64,000 bases of DNA, from positions 134,168,001 to 134,232,000 of the forward strand of contig OZ024740.1 in the NCBI GenBank assembly GCA_964016885.1, in the 5' to 3' direction. The translations under genes and the position numbers were made by a program. The stretch comes from Eledone cirrhosa. Taxonomy: Eukaryota. Numbering within the stretch: the first letter of the stretch is position 1; each line of letters starts with the position of its first letter. Positions 60,839-64,000 of this stretch are shown here, one piece after another. The notes beneath the pieces were generated by a model that did not search any database, was not told the DNA's origin, and saw only the letters and a list, made by a program, of their open reading frames with translations.

Positions 60839-62280
60839 TTTGAGTCTCAGTCATTGATGTTATTTAACTGGAAAGTTTGTTCAAATACATATCAAGCCGC
60901 TACCTGCAGCCTCAGATATTCAGGACGTATCGGAGGGTTCTTGCTGTTCCCAGCAAGCATGCCTTTTGAAGTGTTCCAAAACACGGGGATGGACTAATGT
61001 TCTTTAACCATCCTTGGAAACTCTTTGAGATAGTACTTAGTGCTCCTATGACAATCAGGACGACCTTGATCTCATGACAGTCCCAAATCATTTTTAACTC
61101 CCACTTTAACTCCTGGTATCGGTTAATTTTCTCCTTCTTTTCTTGCACTCTCGTGACAAAGGGGCAGACTACATCTACAATCAAGCACGTACTTTTTTCC
61201 TTTTCAGGCCTATTGTCTTCTAATTTCTTGTCCGTCTGTATCCTGAAATCCCGTAGCACCTTCACTTGATCGTTTTCTATCACCGACTCTGGCTTATGCT
61301 CATATCACATCTCAGAATGTGCTAAATTGTTTAGTTTGCATAAATGCCAGTGAATCAGCCTTTATAGTGAGTCTGGACCAGGTGTTTACACTTGGATACA
61401 ATGCAAGCCACAGTCTCCTCTCTCCACAGATCCTACACAGTGAGCTAGCCTCCTCCTAGTGTTTCACCCACTTCGTTCTGAGGGCTTGCTCTTGTGCAGC
61501 CATTAGCATTCCTTCTGTATCTTTTTTAAGGTTTCCTGTTTTTACCCAGCTCCATGTCTGTGGATCTCTGAATTCCGTTTTCTTAAAGAAGGTGATATGA
61601 AGGGATTTTTCGGAAAGGCTGCTCTTCCTCCTTCTTATTATTTCCTCCGGATTGGCAGTATTGGGAGAGGGACGGACGCCATGCTTTGACGTATAGAGTT
61701 ACGGCCCTTGCCATTCTTTACAGTCTGAGTTCAAATCCCGCCGAGGTTAACTTTGCCTTTCATCCTTACGGGGTCGATAAAATAAAGTACCAGTAATGCA
61801 CTGGCCTTGTGCCTAACGTAGAAACAATTATTTCCTCCTAGGACATCCCCTGGTCTATTGTCTTCTCCTTCAGTACAACTTTGAGCATTGGCTCCCTACT
61901 TTCAGACTCATATTTGTGCAGACTGTTTTTCTCCATCTGAACACAGTCCTTTATGCTGATAAGACTTCTTCCGCCTTCAGATCTCTTTACGTAGAGTATA
62001 TCGACATCACTCTTCTTGTGGAACATTCTGTAGATAGTCATTAGCTTCCTAGTATTTCTATCCATTTCTTTTTGTTCAGCAACATTCCATTTCAGAATTC
62101 CCGCACTGTACCTAATAATAGACACAGCTAGGGAATTTACTGCACTTAGACATTCCAACTATTTAGATGTGATTTTAATATGTTCCTTACTCTCCTTGTG
62201 TATTCAGATATTATCAATTCCTTCATTTTATTGTTTTTGATGCCTCCAGAACACCCGAATATTTGTATCCCTCTTCACAT
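60836..62280 (-). mobile_element. R4/Dong-type RLE LINE (same family as 54762-56672), 5'-truncated, interrupted by a SINE
   Basis: ORFs 60912-61283 and 61838-62158 parallel 54836-55225 and 55247-56095. It has the same 3' UTR ending at (TAA)n. Confidence 0.9.
61649..61826 (+). mobile_element. tRNA-derived SINE nested in the LINE with a 12-bp target-site duplication
   Basis: attatttcctcc at 61637-61648 and 61827-61838. The body matches 60570-60750. Confidence 0.9.
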
Positions 62281-62322
62281 ATGATACTAACGGTCAAAAA
62301 CTTTAATTACGAAAATGATATA

Positions 62323-63312
62323 TACACTCAATGGGGTCATTTACAATTATTTCAACTCTAAGAATCGCTTCTGAGCAGTATAAATTAATATATGATAAAC
62401 ATTTACATGTTTTAGTTGCAATTGACTAATAAAATAGTTAGGATGAAATATCTTAATTCAAATACATATAGTTTGCCTGTACGATCTAAAAAATAATAAA
62501 TCAATACTCACAAACCCATATGGGCAAAAGGCCTTGGTACCTAGACACGTTTAAATTTCAAAATACAAACTTTTTCCGCAGATCGGTCAGAACTTCAAAC
62601 TTTAAACATGTTTCACAAAGGATGGTATAATAGTGAAATAATTAATTAATTAGTAGTGAGTAATTAATTTTCTGTGTTTATCAATAGGTACCCAGATAAA
62701 TTAAGTAACTTCACCTCAGAAAAATATCTAAGGTCTGGTTAACGTAGCGAAAATACACGAGGTTTTGCACACGACTTATTCCAGTCCTCTAACCTCCCAC
62801 ACATAGTGCTAGAAATAACAGCCATTTATATGGGATTACAAATTCAGCTCGACTGAGGGAGCAGTAATATAATATAACTTAGAGTTTACACTCAATGGGG
62901 TCATTTACAATTATTTCAGCTCTAAGAATCGCTTCTGAGCAGTATAAATTAATATATGATAAACATTTACATGTTTTAGTTGCAATTATTTCACTATTAT
63001 ACCATCCTTTGTGAAACATGTTTAAAGTTTGAAGTTCTGACCGATCTGCGGAAAAAGTTTGTATTTTGAAATTTAAACGTGTCTAAGTACCAAGGCCTTT
63101 TGCCCATATGGGTTTGTGAGTATTGATTTATTATTTTTTAGATCGTACAGGCAAACTATATGTATTTGAATTAAGATATTTCATCCTAACTATTTTATTA
63201 GTCAATTGCAACTAAAACATGTAAATGTTTATCATATATTAATTTATACTGCTCAGAAGCGATTCTTAGAGCTGAAATAATTGTAAATGACCCCATTGAG
63301 TGTAAACTCTAA
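62323..63312. repeat. Tandem-plus-inverted non-coding mini-element (period about 564 bp)
   Basis: The block at 62323 recurs at 62887, and 62323-62642 is inverted at about 62986-63305. It ends at (TA)n. Confidence 0.85.
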
Positions 63313-63314
63313 GT

Positions 63315-63357
<43 letters not shown>

Positions 63358-63358
<1 letters not shown>

Positions 63359-63456
63359 TAGCTGGCCTGTCCGGCTGGCGTCCGGCTAGGTATACCTTCC
63401 CCTACCACTCCACTGCAAAGATACCACACACCCTCCCGTGTCACATTGTCCTTCCG

Positions 63457-63541
<85 letters not shown>

Positions 63542-63630
63542 ATGTATTGAAGGGAAATACGGAAACTAAAACAGTGTTGTCATATAAAGAGTGAAGAGCG
63601 ACAGAGAGAGTAAAGCAGTTAAATTATAGA
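63358..63630 (-). mobile_element. Small Helitron-like element containing (GA)n
   Basis: The minus strand ends in a GC-rich ccgg...ccgg hairpin followed by CTAG|T. The putative 5' end is TCTATAATTT. Confidence 0.5.
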
Positions 63631-63670
63631 GAGTGGGAATGATCTTACATGCATACATGCATACATACAT

Positions 63671-64000
63671 GGTGGCTGCCAACTCGTTTTCTAGTGCGGC
63701 CATTACTTTATATCCATGTAGGACAACTCCTACCGATGCACTGAACGAGTGTGACTTTTTAGTCCAGCCAGCGACTTGAAAACTCTGGTACAAACACTAC
63801 ACTTGTGACAATTATTGACACATAGTGCTGGGCCCATGGTACCATGTGACGACAAGTGCAGAGAGATATCCAGATATAAAGCAATGCCTGTGCCGTGAAG
63901 CTTTTATAGTGAGCAAAGGCACTGCACAAAGCCAGTCCCACTCTCTTAACCAAGATGATATTTACCAAAAAGAAGAACAAGTCAACATCATTGGATACCA
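63671..64000. repeat. Second copy of the (CATA)n-associated repeat of about 300 bp, running off the window
   Basis: Matches 30163-30460, then continues as an open ATG frame (MIFTKKKNKSTSLDT). Confidence 0.88.

Overview
This is animal genomic DNA packed with repeats. There are no operons, rRNA, true tRNA genes or CRISPR arrays. The (TA)n/(CA)n/(CATA)n/(GA)n density and the tRNA-derived SINE suggest a cephalopod (octopus-like) genome, which is an inference. Almost all coding signal comes from decayed retroelements: at least six Penelope-like elements (PLEs; RT and/or GIY-YIG, including Neptune-type and Naiad-type), four R4/Dong-type RLE LINEs, a near full-length Tx1/L1-type LINE and a Hero/NeSL-type remnant. 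SINEs, a mariner relic and small Helitron-like elements are also present. The main structure the ORF track misses is a set of minimal type I hammerhead ribozymes from many unrelated sequence families. They sit in non-coding units inserted into (TA)n tracts, arranged as tandem arrays (9225-10995, retrozyme-like), circularly permuted monomers (5525-6290) and perfect fold-back palindromes (4982-5372, 34914-35120, 41271-41346). No host protein-coding gene can be called with confidence; a few candidate small exons and a MIF/tautomerase-like fragment are flagged. Coordinates were read by eye and element boundaries are approximate.
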